Shown: positions 46,176 through 55,732 of the stretch, in pieces
Layout of the letters: each line of letters starts with the position of its first letter
How positions within the stretch are numbered: the stretch's first letter is position 1
Virus record (IMG/VR): IMGVR_UViG_3300035703_000034
Span: 32,001-96,000 of that record
DNA length: 64,000 nt
Source: a virus
Reading direction: 5' to 3' (one strand)
Translations under genes and position numbers: made by a program
Notes under the pieces: generated by a model
Databases searched by the model: none
What the model saw: the letters and a program-made list of their open reading frames with translations, nothing else
Told to the model about the DNA's origin: nothing

Positions 46176-46367
46176 CCAACCGCCCGGCGACACGCACAGG
46201 TCCAGCCGTCTACCCGAGAAGGGCACAGACAGACGGCCCTCGTGCGTGTCGCCACCTCAACCCAGCCGGGGGTCAAGCCGGCGCGTCGGAAGTGGTCATG
46301 TCCGACGTCCCCAGTGTCAGGGGTTTGATGACACTATCACCTGCCGCTACGGCGGCAAGGAGGTCTG

Positions 46368-46853
46368 ATGAAGACCGAATCCATGGGCGCCCCCCTGCAC
46401 GGCGTGTGCCCGTCGGACCCCGAAGGGGTCTACCTCGGCCGCGCCACCTGGTGCGGGGTCGAGGTGGACCTCTGGTTCTGGGCCACGGCCTGGGACCGGG
46501 GGTCCATCGGGTACCGCCACGGCACCCGGGGGGACGAGTACGGGTCGATGCCCGTGCGCGGCCTCCAGGAGGCCGAGATGAGCCAGGCGCTGAAGGCCAC
46601 CCCGGCCTTCGAGGCCTTCTGCCTGAAGATCAACAGGCAGAAGTCGGTCCTTGGCGAGGGCTACGTCCTCGCCGAGGGCACCGTCTGGCGGAAGGCTCTC
46701 ACGGCCGCCCGCCAGACGGGCCTGATCACGGAGCTGTCGCTCCAGGAGTCGGCGGACTTCTGGGCGGCCGGCGTGCTCCAGTGGGATGACCCCACCGGAG
46801 CGTCGCTGCGCTCGGCTTACGCCGAGGCGCGTTCCGCGATCGCAAGCCTGTAG
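46368..46853 (+). CDS. Hypothetical early protein
   Basis: AAGGAGG SD preceded by a hairpin. Confidence 0.65.
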   Translation: MKTESMGAPLHGVCPSDPEGVYLGRATWCGVEVDLWFWATAWDRGSIGYRHGTRGDEYGSMPVRGLQEAEMSQALKATPAFEAFCLKINRQKSVLGEGYVLAEGTVWRKALTAARQTGLITELSLQESADFWAAGVLQWDDPTGASLRSAYAEARSAIASL

Positions 46854-47026
46854 GAACCCCCGCGCCGTGACGGCGCGTGAGTGGGGAGCTGTGCCGAACC
46901 CATAAGGCACGGTGAGCCCACACGTCGCAAACAGGCCGTAGGGGCGCCTGGTCAAGTCCGACGAAGCCCCAACGGACCCTCACCCGCGCGTGAGGGGGAC
47001 TGGCCCCCCAATGGGCCGAGGTCAAC

Positions 47027-47203
47027 GTGGCGAGCACGCGCCTCGTCCTCCGTGACGGAGCCATCAAGCTCCTCACGGAGGACGGCGTGCTGTTCGACCT
47101 TCCGGTCAACCGGAAGGGCGAGTTGCCGCTCGGCGGCAACACGGACGCGCAGCTGCGCGTCCTCCGCCCGCTCCGGGACACCGGGCGGGTCGAACAGCAA
47201 TAG
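47027..47203 (+). CDS. 58-aa hypothetical protein within highly structured RNA
   Basis: GTG...TAG, MASTRLVLRDGAIKLLTEDGVLFDLPVNRKGELPLGG...; GC3-rich codons; below the ORF-track cutoff. Confidence 0.45.
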   Translation: MASTRLVLRDGAIKLLTEDGVLFDLPVNRKGELPLGGNTDAQLRVLRPLRDTGRVEQQ

Positions 47204-47303
47204 GTTCATCCCTCTCCCTGGGGGCAAGCAGGGCGTCAGCGCGGGAAGCATACGACAACGCGCCAACCCGTACGGCCACGCCGTACAAACCAAACACAAC
47301 GCT

Positions 47304-47395
47304 CACCCTCCAAGGTGGGACGTGTTTGTTTCACATCTCTTCACTCCATTGCGAGTGATCAGATGTGAAGCAGACGCGTCCCACCTTGGAGGGTG
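47304..47395 (+). repeat. 35-bp inverted repeat (long RNA hairpin)
   Basis: Arms 47304-47338 and 47361-47395 differ at only three positions, all giving U-G pairs on +. Confidence 0.9.
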
Positions 47396-47479
47396 TGGAT
47401 TACCGTTGCTTTTCCTTTAGCCCCGCTGAGCGTTCAGCCGGGGCGCAGTTGCCGTTCCGACGGCAGAAAGGAGTCCGAC

Positions 47480-47986
47480 GTGGACATCCTCCAGAACAAC
47501 CCCACCACCTGGTCCAAGTGGACCTCGGTCGTCCTGACCACCGGCGTGCCGGGCGCCGGCAAAAGCACCCTCGCCGCCCGGCTCGTGGCCGAGTTCGGCT
47601 ACGAGCAGCTGGAGCTCGACGAGCTCCGGGCCGAGCTCGGCGACCGGGCCGACCAGTCCCTCACCCCGGCCGCCGTCGCGCTGCGCGACGAGCGGCTCGC
47701 GGCGGCCATCGCGGCGGGTCGCAAGGTCGTCGTGAGCGACACCAACGCCCACTTCCCGTTCCGGGTGGCGCTCATCCGGGACATCCTCAGTCTCGGCGTC
47801 CCGGCGGACGAGATCGCCATCGTCCACTTCAACGCGGACGTGGACGAGGCCAAGCGCCGCAACCGGGGGCGCGCCAGCGAGGTGCCCGAGGCGGTCATCG
47901 ACCGGATGGCCGCGGCGCTCGAGGCCGCGCAGCCCTCGCTGGACGCGGAGCTCTACGGGCTCCAGTACCACGAGACGGAGCTCTAA
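47480..47986 (+). CDS. Polynucleotide 5'-kinase-like P-loop protein (T4 PNK kinase domain / AAA_33)
   Basis: VVLTTGVPGAGKST, LDELR, VVVSDTN, RRNRGR, VPEAVIDRM. Confidence 0.75.
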   Translation: MDILQNNPTTWSKWTSVVLTTGVPGAGKSTLAARLVAEFGYEQLELDELRAELGDRADQSLTPAAVALRDERLAAAIAAGRKVVVSDTNAHFPFRVALIRDILSLGVPADEIAIVHFNADVDEAKRRNRGRASEVPEAVIDRMAAALEAAQPSLDAELYGLQYHETEL

Positions 47987-47989
47987 GCC

Positions 47990-48298
47990 ATGAGCAACGT
48001 CGAGAAGGCTCGCCGCGAGCACCAGGGCGACAACCTCCTGGCCCTGCTGGCGGCGGGCCTGAAGCTCGGTCAGGTCGCGGCCGTGTCCGACGTCCCCGGC
48101 TGGGCGGCGATCCACGGCGCGATCACCGTGGTCGTCCCCAGGACGTTCGGCCCCCGCCTCGTCGTCCTCGCCGTGGACGACTACGGCAGGGTCCGGGAGG
48201 TCGCCCGCCACGACCACCCGGAGACGGTCTCCCAGGAGGACCTCCGCGAGATGGCGGAGGACTTCCTCGCCGACCAGGTGGCCCACCACGCCTGGTAG
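47990..48298 (+). CDS. Hypothetical protein
   Basis: Co-directional ORF with codon bias. Confidence 0.55.
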   Translation: MSNVEKARREHQGDNLLALLAAGLKLGQVAAVSDVPGWAAIHGAITVVVPRTFGPRLVVLAVDDYGRVREVARHDHPETVSQEDLREMAEDFLADQVAHHAW

Positions 48299-48352
48299 GT
48301 CGCCGGGTTTCACCCACCCCACACGCGCCGTTCCGACGGCAAAGGAGGAACG

Positions 48353-48694
48353 ATGAACAACAAAGCGCAACGTAAGGTCAAAAAACAGACGGCCACGGCC
48401 CGTTTCAAGGACCGAGCCAAGGTCGACGCGCTGCTGGCCGCCCGGCCGGACGCCAAAGTCCGGGAGCTGGGCCTACAGTGCTTTGTCGTGCACGCCTGCT
48501 GCTGCAGCTGTGACGACAACTGGTGTCGCGACAGCTGGCTCCCGGCCTGGGAGGTCACCGGCCTCTACAACCGGGAAATCGCCAACATCTTGAACGCCGC
48601 GGGCTTCGTGCCACGCGACACCCACCTGGTGGAGGTGTCAGACGAAAACCAGGCGAAGACCGCGCGGTTCGATCGTACAGAGAAGGAGGGCTGA
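48353..48694 (+). CDS. Hypothetical Cys-rich protein
   Basis: AAGGAGG SD; HACCCSCDDNWC. Confidence 0.55.
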   Translation: MNNKAQRKVKKQTATARFKDRAKVDALLAARPDAKVRELGLQCFVVHACCCSCDDNWCRDSWLPAWEVTGLYNREIANILNAAGFVPRDTHLVEVSDENQAKTARFDRTEKEG

Positions 48695-48697
48695 TAG

Positions 48698-49054
48698 ATG
48701 CAGAAGCTTCAGAATCTTTGCGACGACACACTGAAGAAACTGACGCACTGCGGCAAGGGGCCTGCGGACGTCAAGTGGGTCCAGGGGCAGGACGCCGACG
48801 GCCTTTGGTCGTGCACCTGGGAGCAGTTCGCTGCCGCAGCAGCCGAGCTCGAGCACGACGGCGGCCCGGAATGGGTCAGCATCGACCTGAAAGTCGTCGG
48901 AGACGGCTGGTGGCTCGAGCGCCGAGAGCACGAGCTCTATGACGAGTGGGTGTTTCGGCAGGCGGTGGTGCGTCCCAAGCGCAGCCTCGCGCCGACCGCG
49001 CTGACGCTTCGCGGCATGCGTTGGGAGTATGACACACCGGGTGACGAGGACTGA
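48698..49054 (+). CDS. Hypothetical phage protein
   Basis: DLKVVGDGWWLERRE...EW.F motif typical of a small phage family. Confidence 0.6.
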   Translation: MQKLQNLCDDTLKKLTHCGKGPADVKWVQGQDADGLWSCTWEQFAAAAAELEHDGGPEWVSIDLKVVGDGWWLERREHELYDEWVFRQAVVRPKRSLAPTALTLRGMRWEYDTPGDED

Positions 49055-49111
49055 CAGTCCGAGCGCATAGACTTACGACCCGCCGACCCGTCGGCGAGAA
49101 AGGAACTTCCC

Positions 49112-49783
49112 ATGATCGAGATCAAGAACTCCCGCGGCCACGTGCTGCACACGGTCGACGCCGACACGCTCATCGGGGCGGACTTGTCGGGCCTCGACCT
49201 GACGGACGCCAACCTGCGCGGCGCGGACCTCAGCCACGCCAAGCTCGTGAAGACCAACCTCAGCTACGCGTGCCTGGAAAACGCGGACTTCAACAGCGCC
49301 GAGTTGGATGAGACGCAGTTCGACGGTGCGGACTTGCGCGCGGCGAACTTCCGGACGCGGAACACAGATGCCAGCTACCGAGGTGACCGGACAGGAATCG
49401 AAGCCGTGTCGTTTATAGACGCGGACCTGCGGAACGCCAACTTCTGCAAGTGCGAGATTTTCTGGTCTTCGTTCTACGATGCCGACCTGCGGGGCGCCCA
49501 CTTCAAAGACGCCGAGTTCTTCGGTGACGACATGGAGTTCGCCTTCGCCGATGCGCGCAACGCAGACTTCAGCTTTGCAACATTCAACAATGTACAGCTT
49601 AAAGGCGAAGGCGAGGACGACGGCCTTCCGTATCTCTGTGGCGCGGACTTCACCGAAGCCTCCTTCCTTGAGTCGTTCATCGACGCACACCTTGATGGTG
49701 CAAACTTCATGCGCGCCCGCTTGGCTCGTGCCACGTTCAGCCCGTACGTTCAAGAACAGCTGAACGAGACAGTGCGGCGCTAA
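49112..49783 (+). CDS. Pentapeptide repeat protein
   Basis: A(D/N)(L/F)xx repeats throughout. Confidence 0.9.
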   Translation: MIEIKNSRGHVLHTVDADTLIGADLSGLDLTDANLRGADLSHAKLVKTNLSYACLENADFNSAELDETQFDGADLRAANFRTRNTDASYRGDRTGIEAVSFIDADLRNANFCKCEIFWSSFYDADLRGAHFKDAEFFGDDMEFAFADARNADFSFATFNNVQLKGEGEDDGLPYLCGADFTEASFLESFIDAHLDGANFMRARLARATFSPYVQEQLNETVRR

Positions 49784-49805
49784 CCCACCCACCCCGGCCC
49801 CACCC

Positions 49806-49835
49806 GCCCCGCAACCCCACCGGTTGCGGGGCTTT
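49806..49835 (+). terminator. Terminator-like repeat, copy 1
   Basis: GCCCCGCAACC-loop-GGTTGCGGGGC-TTT. Confidence 0.7.
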
Positions 49836-49854
49836 CGCATGAGGACCCATCACC

Positions 49855-50310
49855 ATGCCCATCCCCGTCATCCGGTGCGTCCGCGAGAGCCGGGCGCCGT
49901 ACGATCGGCGCACGGCGCTCAGGGGTCCCGAGGACGCTGCCCGTGCGGCGCGGGCCGTCATCGGCGACCCGGATCGCGAGCACTTCCTCACCATCCACCT
50001 GGACCGCAAGAACCGCATCTTGTCGGCGGAGATCACCGCCATCGGGACGCAGTCCGCGGTGCTGGTCGGTCCCCGGGAGATCTTCCGCGCGGCGATCGCC
50101 GCCGACGCGGGCGCCCTCATCGTGGCGCACAACCACCCCAGCGGCGACCCGGCCCCGAGCCATGAGGATCGCGAGCTCACGCGCAAGCTCCTCGAGGCAG
50201 GCGCGCTGCTCGGCATCACCCTGCTCGACCACCTCGTCCTCGGCGACGAGGACGCCACGTGCCCCCACCTCAGCCTCCGGGACGCGTACCCGGACCTCGG
50301 CTGGACCTGA
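49855..50310 (+). CDS. radC: RadC-like JAB domain protein
   Basis: REHF, PREIF, AHNHPSGDPAPSHED, LLDHLVLG. Confidence 0.9.
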   Translation: MPIPVIRCVRESRAPYDRRTALRGPEDAARAARAVIGDPDREHFLTIHLDRKNRILSAEITAIGTQSAVLVGPREIFRAAIAADAGALIVAHNHPSGDPAPSHEDRELTRKLLEAGALLGITLLDHLVLGDEDATCPHLSLRDAYPDLGWT

Positions 50311-50330
50311 TTGAAAGGAGATCCGTCTTT

Positions 50331-50960
50331 ATGAGGACGACACAAAAGTTACTCCGAGGCCATCGGACGGTGCCGCTTGATGACGTGGCAAAGGTACTCG
50401 GGGCCGAGTATGTGTCAATAGACCCCGGCGAGCAAGTAGCCGCCGAGGCCTTTTTGGTCGATCGTCACGACTTTCAGCCGAACGGCTACTGCGGCCGCCC
50501 TGCAAACAAGGTGGCAATTTCGGAACGTCTACTGGGTACGGTCGAGAGCGGGGCAGTCAAAGGCGGCGACATCCTGCTACAGTGCCGTCCGGTCACACTG
50601 GCTCAGCCGGCACTGGTAGCGGAGGACCCTGACGCACTCTGGTATCCAACCCAAACGATGCGGATCCTGCGCATGCGCGCGTACAGCCCCGTCAACGCGG
50701 TCATTTTGCATCGTTACCTGTCATCACGCGTCGGACAAGAGTTATTAAACGCCGCGGCAACGCACAGTGGCAAAGGTAAACATTCGTACGTGCCGGTGGA
50801 CGCGCTGCGGGCCTTGCCCGTCATCGTCCCGGACGATGAGACGGTCAGCCGAATCATGGCGGCGCACGACGCGATCCTCACCGCGCACCAGGAGTTGGAG
50901 CGCGTCCAGCAGCGCATTGCCGCGCTGCGCGACGAGCCCTGGCTGACGTCCCTGACCTGA
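50331..50960 (+). CDS. Type I restriction specificity-subunit (HsdS TRD)-like protein, stand-alone
   Basis: PLDDVA, VKGGDILL, YLSS.VGQ..L, LRALPVIVP plus coiled tail; lower GC than its neighbours. Confidence 0.6.
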   Translation: MRTTQKLLRGHRTVPLDDVAKVLGAEYVSIDPGEQVAAEAFLVDRHDFQPNGYCGRPANKVAISERLLGTVESGAVKGGDILLQCRPVTLAQPALVAEDPDALWYPTQTMRILRMRAYSPVNAVILHRYLSSRVGQELLNAAATHSGKGKHSYVPVDALRALPVIVPDDETVSRIMAAHDAILTAHQELERVQQRIAALRDEPWLTSLT

Positions 50961-50977
50961 CCAAATCCCGCGCCCCC

Positions 50978-51007
50978 GCCCCGCAACCACCCTGGTTGCG
51001 GGGCTTT
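50978..51007 (+). terminator. Terminator-like repeat, copy 2
   Basis: Same stem as 49806-49835 with a different loop. Confidence 0.7.
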
Positions 51008-51028
51008 CTCTTTGAAAGGAGCCCCACG

Positions 51029-51376
51029 ATGAGCGCCAAGGACGTGCGCCGGCTGAACGAGGACTTCCTCCAGACCATCCCGCACCGGGTGCTGCGGGAC
51101 TTCTCCGGCCCCATCGACTTGCCGGGCGGCCGCTTCATGCACCACGGCGTCGTGGTCGTGACGCACCCGAGCGGCGCCCTGGACGTGCTGACCCGCAACG
51201 GTCAGTTCCTCCGGGTCTCGGGACCCACGACGGCGGTCCCGCTCGACCTCGCGGTCTACCCGCACGCGCAGCTGAAAAGCGGCGTGCTCGAGGCCCTCAA
51301 CTCCGCCATCGCGCGGCGGAAGCAACGCACGCACGAGCTCGAACGACTAGAGCGCCGGCTGTGCGAGCGCGCGTGA
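51029..51376 (+). CDS. Hypothetical protein
   Basis: AAAGGAG SD before ATG 51029. Confidence 0.6.
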   Translation: MSAKDVRRLNEDFLQTIPHRVLRDFSGPIDLPGGRFMHHGVVVVTHPSGALDVLTRNGQFLRVSGPTTAVPLDLAVYPHAQLKSGVLEALNSAIARRKQRTHELERLERRLCERA

Positions 51377-51438
51377 ACCCACCCCCGGTCCTGACCCACA
51401 CCCCACCGTGCCGTTCGCGGCAGAAGGCGGATAACCCC

Positions 51439-51882
51439 ATGGAGATGCTCGACAACAACGCCACCCAGGTCCTGTTCATGGCGATGGTGGACGCCAACCT
51501 CATCGGCAAGCACTTCCCGCTGCACCTCGCGCACATGGCGGACGAACTGGCCGCGCACCTGAAGGCGGGCGGCACGCCCGAGTCGTACTGGGCCGAGTAC
51601 GTGTTCGCGCCCATCGACGACCAGCCGCTGCGCCGGCAGACGGCCGAGGAGCTGGCCGGCTGGGCGATGACGCTCCTGATGGTCGCACCGGCCCTGAAGC
51701 GGCTCGCCAACGTCGGAGAAATCGCGGAAGCCATCGTGCTCGTCTCGGCGCACGTGGCCGTGCGCAAGACCCCGCTGCTCGCGGCGGTGTTCCATTTGAT
51801 CGCCAAGGAGCTCGACATCCTCGTGATGCCGAAGGCCTTCGGCATCGGCCGCGACGCCCTCGCGGCGCTCACGGCCCAGTAG
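51439..51882 (+). CDS. Hypothetical protein
   Basis: ATG after a hairpin element; codon bias. Confidence 0.55.
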   Translation: MEMLDNNATQVLFMAMVDANLIGKHFPLHLAHMADELAAHLKAGGTPESYWAEYVFAPIDDQPLRRQTAEELAGWAMTLLMVAPALKRLANVGEIAEAIVLVSAHVAVRKTPLLAAVFHLIAKELDILVMPKAFGIGRDALAALTAQ

Positions 51883-51896
51883 AAAGGAAGGTTCCC

Positions 51897-52337
<441 letters not shown>

Positions 52338-52574
52338 AGAGCGCACCTGCGCCGACTGCGTCTACCTCGACCGTGCGCCCCTTGCGGTGCACGGCCTCGA
52401 GTGGCACACGGCGGCGACGGTCGCGCTGTTCGAGTCCGATCGCCCGTGCCGGGCGTTCGGGCAACAACCGGAGTACAGGGCCTGCGAGGCGCTCCTGACG
52501 CACGACGCGTGGGACTGCCTCCAGGCCTCGCCCCAGAGTGGTCCGCCACCGACACGCAAGCGGAAAGGACCGCC

Positions 52575-52736
52575 ATGACGGACCAGGAGAAGGCAGCCTT
52601 GTGGACGCTCGCGAGCCTCGCAGCCGACGTGCTGATGCGCATGTCGTGGTTTGCCGGCAGCGAGTACGTGGGCGTCATGGACGAGGCCAAGAAGTACGGC
52701 ATCGTCAAAAAGGACTGGACGGACAACTTCTTTTGA
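52575..52736 (+). CDS. Small hypothetical protein
   Basis: AAAGGA SD. Confidence 0.5.
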   Translation: MTDQEKAALWTLASLAADVLMRMSWFAGSEYVGVMDEAKKYGIVKKDWTDNFF

Positions 52737-52751
52737 GGAGGAGGTCCACGG

Positions 52752-52895
52752 ATGCCCGCATACCACGACAGCTTCGACTGTCAGGTGCATCCCGAGGAGT
52801 TCGGCGAACTCCCACCCGACGACGAGGGGGTGGCGATCGCCGAACCAGAAGAACACGAGGAAGACTGCGCCCTGTACTGGTGGGAGGTCGCCTAA
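52752..52895 (+). CDS. 47-aa acidic protein
   Basis: GAGGAGGAGG SD; MPAYHDSFDCQVHPEEFGELPPDDEGVAIAEPEEHEEDCALYWWEVA. Confidence 0.5.
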   Translation: MPAYHDSFDCQVHPEEFGELPPDDEGVAIAEPEEHEEDCALYWWEVA

Positions 52896-52896
52896 C

Positions 52897-53361
52897 ATGA
52901 GCACGTCACCCCAGCCGCCCCGGCGGCGTCGGTCCTGGCAGGCGACGAAAGTCCTGCTGGACAACCTGATGGCAAATCAGGTACAGAAGGAAACCCGTCT
53001 CGCGGAGCTGCAGAAGCAGCTGTTCGACACGGAGCTGGGTCAGCAGGTGCTGGCCCTGAGCAACGAGGTCGAGCGGCTGACGGCCCAGCTCCAGGCGCTG
53101 CTCCAGGACGTCGTCGGCGTCCAGGAGACGCCCTACGGCAAGGTCGGCTACCAGCCTCGCACCGCGTACACGTACAACCCCGCGGCGATTCGGGAGGTGC
53201 TGCCGCAGTACGTGGAGACCCTGGTCGTCCAGGCGGTCGACAAGAACGAACTCAAGCGGGTGCTTGCCAAAGGCGACCGCCGCTGGGACGTGCTCAACCA
53301 GCACGCCAGCACCGAGGCCAAAACGACGCTGGCCTGGGTGTGCAAGCCCCTCACGCACTAA
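52897..53361 (+). CDS. Gam/Gp157-like host-nuclease inhibitor (putative)
   Basis: Coiled coil followed by TPYGKVGY...VDKNELK. Confidence 0.5.
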   Translation: MSTSPQPPRRRRSWQATKVLLDNLMANQVQKETRLAELQKQLFDTELGQQVLALSNEVERLTAQLQALLQDVVGVQETPYGKVGYQPRTAYTYNPAAIREVLPQYVETLVVQAVDKNELKRVLAKGDRRWDVLNQHASTEAKTTLAWVCKPLTH

Positions 53362-53403
53362 CAACGCTCAGTCACGCACAGTCATTTAACTCTGGAGGTA
53401 CAA

Positions 53404-54510
53404 ATGACAGCAGAGATGGTGTCCCCCATGGGACCTGAAGATGCTGCGCGCATCCCGCTCTACGGTAAGCAGATCCACTGGAGCCTGCCGGGTGTGGCCC
53501 TGACCGAAGGCGAGGTCAAGAAGCTCCTCGTCGAGGCCGGCCTGAACCCCGACGCCACCCCCAAGGTCCGCGGCACGACGACGGCGGCCCGGACCCTCAA
53601 GAAGCTGCAGCAGGACAGCGAGGGCGGCTTCGTCACCGAGGCACCCGCGCCCAACGGCTGCACGTACTTCTTCCTGGTGCTGCCGGGCTTCGACGCGGCG
53701 GGCCAGATCGGGTTCCGGACGGAGCGGGTCACCTACGACCCGGTGACCGACACGCTGACGGCCGAGAACCCCGACCGCCAGTCGGACGTCAACGCGGCCC
53801 TGGCCCGCTTCGCCAACTGCCTGCTCGGCGCGGACATCCGCAGGGCGCTGACCCGCATCGTGCAGGACGAGGGCGGCGTGCCCTACGCGCCGGGCTCCGG
53901 TGTGTACATCCTGCCCGAGTCCAAAGCGGACGTGGCCGACCGCATCGACACGTTCGTGCGCAGCCTCGGCAAGCGCTGCAAGGTCCGCATCATGGAGCTG
54001 ACCAAGACCGAGCAGAACCGCCAGACGATGGAGTCGGCGTCGCGCGACGACATCCTTGCCGAGATCGCGCAGCTGTCGGAAGAGCTCACCAAGCTCGAGG
54101 ACAGCAACGTGATCGCGGAGGGCGGCGACAACCGCGCGGTCATCGTCGGCTATCAGGCCAGCTTCGTCGAGGAGCTCGTCGTGACCAAGCCCGTCCGGCG
54201 CGGCGACAAGCTTCAGATGATCGCGGGCGGGGCGTTCATGACCTTCGAGATCGACCGTGCCAACGACGACGGCACGCTGACGCTCGCGGTCCCGGCGCCG
54301 CGGGCCGTGTCCGGCAGCTTCACCATCGAGCGCCCCTCGGAGACCCGCGTGCGCGCCAGCACGTGGACCAACAAGATGAAGACGCTCCAGGCGAAGCTCA
54401 CGAAGGCAGAGATGTACGCCGACCTGCTCGCGTACAAGGCGGACGACATCCGCCAGGCCATCGCCGAGCAGATGGCGCGTGTCCAGGCGCGGATGCTCGG
54501 CGCCGAGTAG
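53404..54510 (+). CDS. DUF6744-like protein upstream of MoxR/vWA
   Basis: G..IHWSL...LLVEAGL, GSGVYILP pattern and gene context. Confidence 0.5.
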   Translation: MTAEMVSPMGPEDAARIPLYGKQIHWSLPGVALTEGEVKKLLVEAGLNPDATPKVRGTTTAARTLKKLQQDSEGGFVTEAPAPNGCTYFFLVLPGFDAAGQIGFRTERVTYDPVTDTLTAENPDRQSDVNAALARFANCLLGADIRRALTRIVQDEGGVPYAPGSGVYILPESKADVADRIDTFVRSLGKRCKVRIMELTKTEQNRQTMESASRDDILAEIAQLSEELTKLEDSNVIAEGGDNRAVIVGYQASFVEELVVTKPVRRGDKLQMIAGGAFMTFEIDRANDDGTLTLAVPAPRAVSGSFTIERPSETRVRASTWTNKMKTLQAKLTKAEMYADLLAYKADDIRQAIAEQMARVQARMLGAE

Positions 54511-54583
54511 GTCCCTCTCCCGTCACCCCACGATCCGCCGGGCGCACGTCGCCCGGCGGTCCCTTCCGATGGAGATCACACCC

Positions 54584-55732
54584 ATGACGACGAACGTCAT
54601 CACGGCCATCCAGGCGATCGAAACGGAACTCAACGACTACTTCCTCGACCGCAAAGACCTCATCCGCGGCCTGCTGCTCGCCATCGTCAGCCGCCAGCAC
54701 CTGCTGATGGTCGGCGAGCCCGGCACGGCGAAGTCCGCGATCGCCCGCGCCCTGGCGGCGCACCTCACCGGCGGCCGCTATTTCGAGACCCTGCTGACGA
54801 AGACCTCGCCGCCCGAGAAGGTTTTTGGCCCCATCGCGATGAGCAAGCTGCTTCAAGACGTCTACGAGCACAAGACGACGGGGTACGCGCCGGACGCCGA
54901 GATCGTCATGCTTGACGAGGTCGGTAAGGCCTCCAGCGTCATCTTGAACGAGTTTCTTGCTTTGATGAACGAGCGCTTGTTCCACAACGGCGGCATCGCC
55001 CAGACCTGCCCCCTGATGACGATGGTGGGTACGTCCAACGAGCTGCCGGACGGGGACGAGCTCTCGGCCCTGTACGACCGCTTCCTGCTGCGCTTCGAGG
55101 TGCATGATCTTGACGATGCCGAGTTTGAGCTGGCAATCGACGCGGACGACGCGTACCAGCCACAGACACATCTGACGCTTGCGGACCTCACGGCGCTGCA
55201 GGACCAGGCGGCGAGTATCAGGCTGCCGGCTACCATCCGTCAGGCGATGGTCCGGCTGCGCCGCGAGCTGCGCGACGCGGGATTCCGGGCCTCCATTCGC
55301 CGCTGGAAGGCCAGCCGCAAGCTCATGGCGGCCAACGCCCTGCTCAACGGGCGCACCGTTATCAACGAGGAAGACCTCGAGGTGCTTGCGAACTCGCTGT
55401 GGAAAAAGCCCAGCGACCGCACCGTCATCTACCAGAAGGTCATCGGCATCGCCAACCCGCTCAAAGCGGAGCTCACGGCGCTGCTCGACAACTACCACAG
55501 CATCCGCGCTCACGTGGAGGCCGTCATCAAGCAGACGGGCGAGAACAGCGCGGCGACGAGCGACGCCCGGCTCGAGGCGCAGAACAAGATGCAGGCGCTG
55601 AACAAGGCGCTTGCCAAGCTGGCGAGTACCCACGCGGGCACCTCCCAGGCGGCGGCCATCGAGGAGGCGCGGCGTCAGGGTGCGGCCCTGCACAAGGCGT
55701 TCCTGGTGGCGCACATGGGGTGGAGCGAGTGA
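54584..55732 (+). CDS. MoxR/RavA-type AAA+ ATPase
   Basis: GEPGTAKS, MLDEVGKA, LMNER, SNELP, ALYDRF, SIRRW. Confidence 0.9.
   Translation: MTTNVITAIQAIETELNDYFLDRKDLIRGLLLAIVSRQHLLMVGEPGTAKSAIARALAAHLTGGRYFETLLTKTSPPEKVFGPIAMSKLLQDVYEHKTTGYAPDAEIVMLDEVGKASSVILNEFLALMNERLFHNGGIAQTCPLMTMVGTSNELPDGDELSALYDRFLLRFEVHDLDDAEFELAIDADDAYQPQTHLTLADLTALQDQAASIRLPATIRQAMVRLRRELRDAGFRASIRRWKASRKLMAANALLNGRTVINEEDLEVLANSLWKKPSDRTVIYQKVIGIANPLKAELTALLDNYHSIRAHVEAVIKQTGENSAATSDARLEAQNKMQALNKALAKLASTHAGTSQAAAIEEARRQGAALHKAFLVAHMGWSE

Noticed and set aside
46361-46380. Second hammerhead at CTGATGA
   Set aside because: Overlaps a start codon; no stem II/GAAA/stem III arrangement
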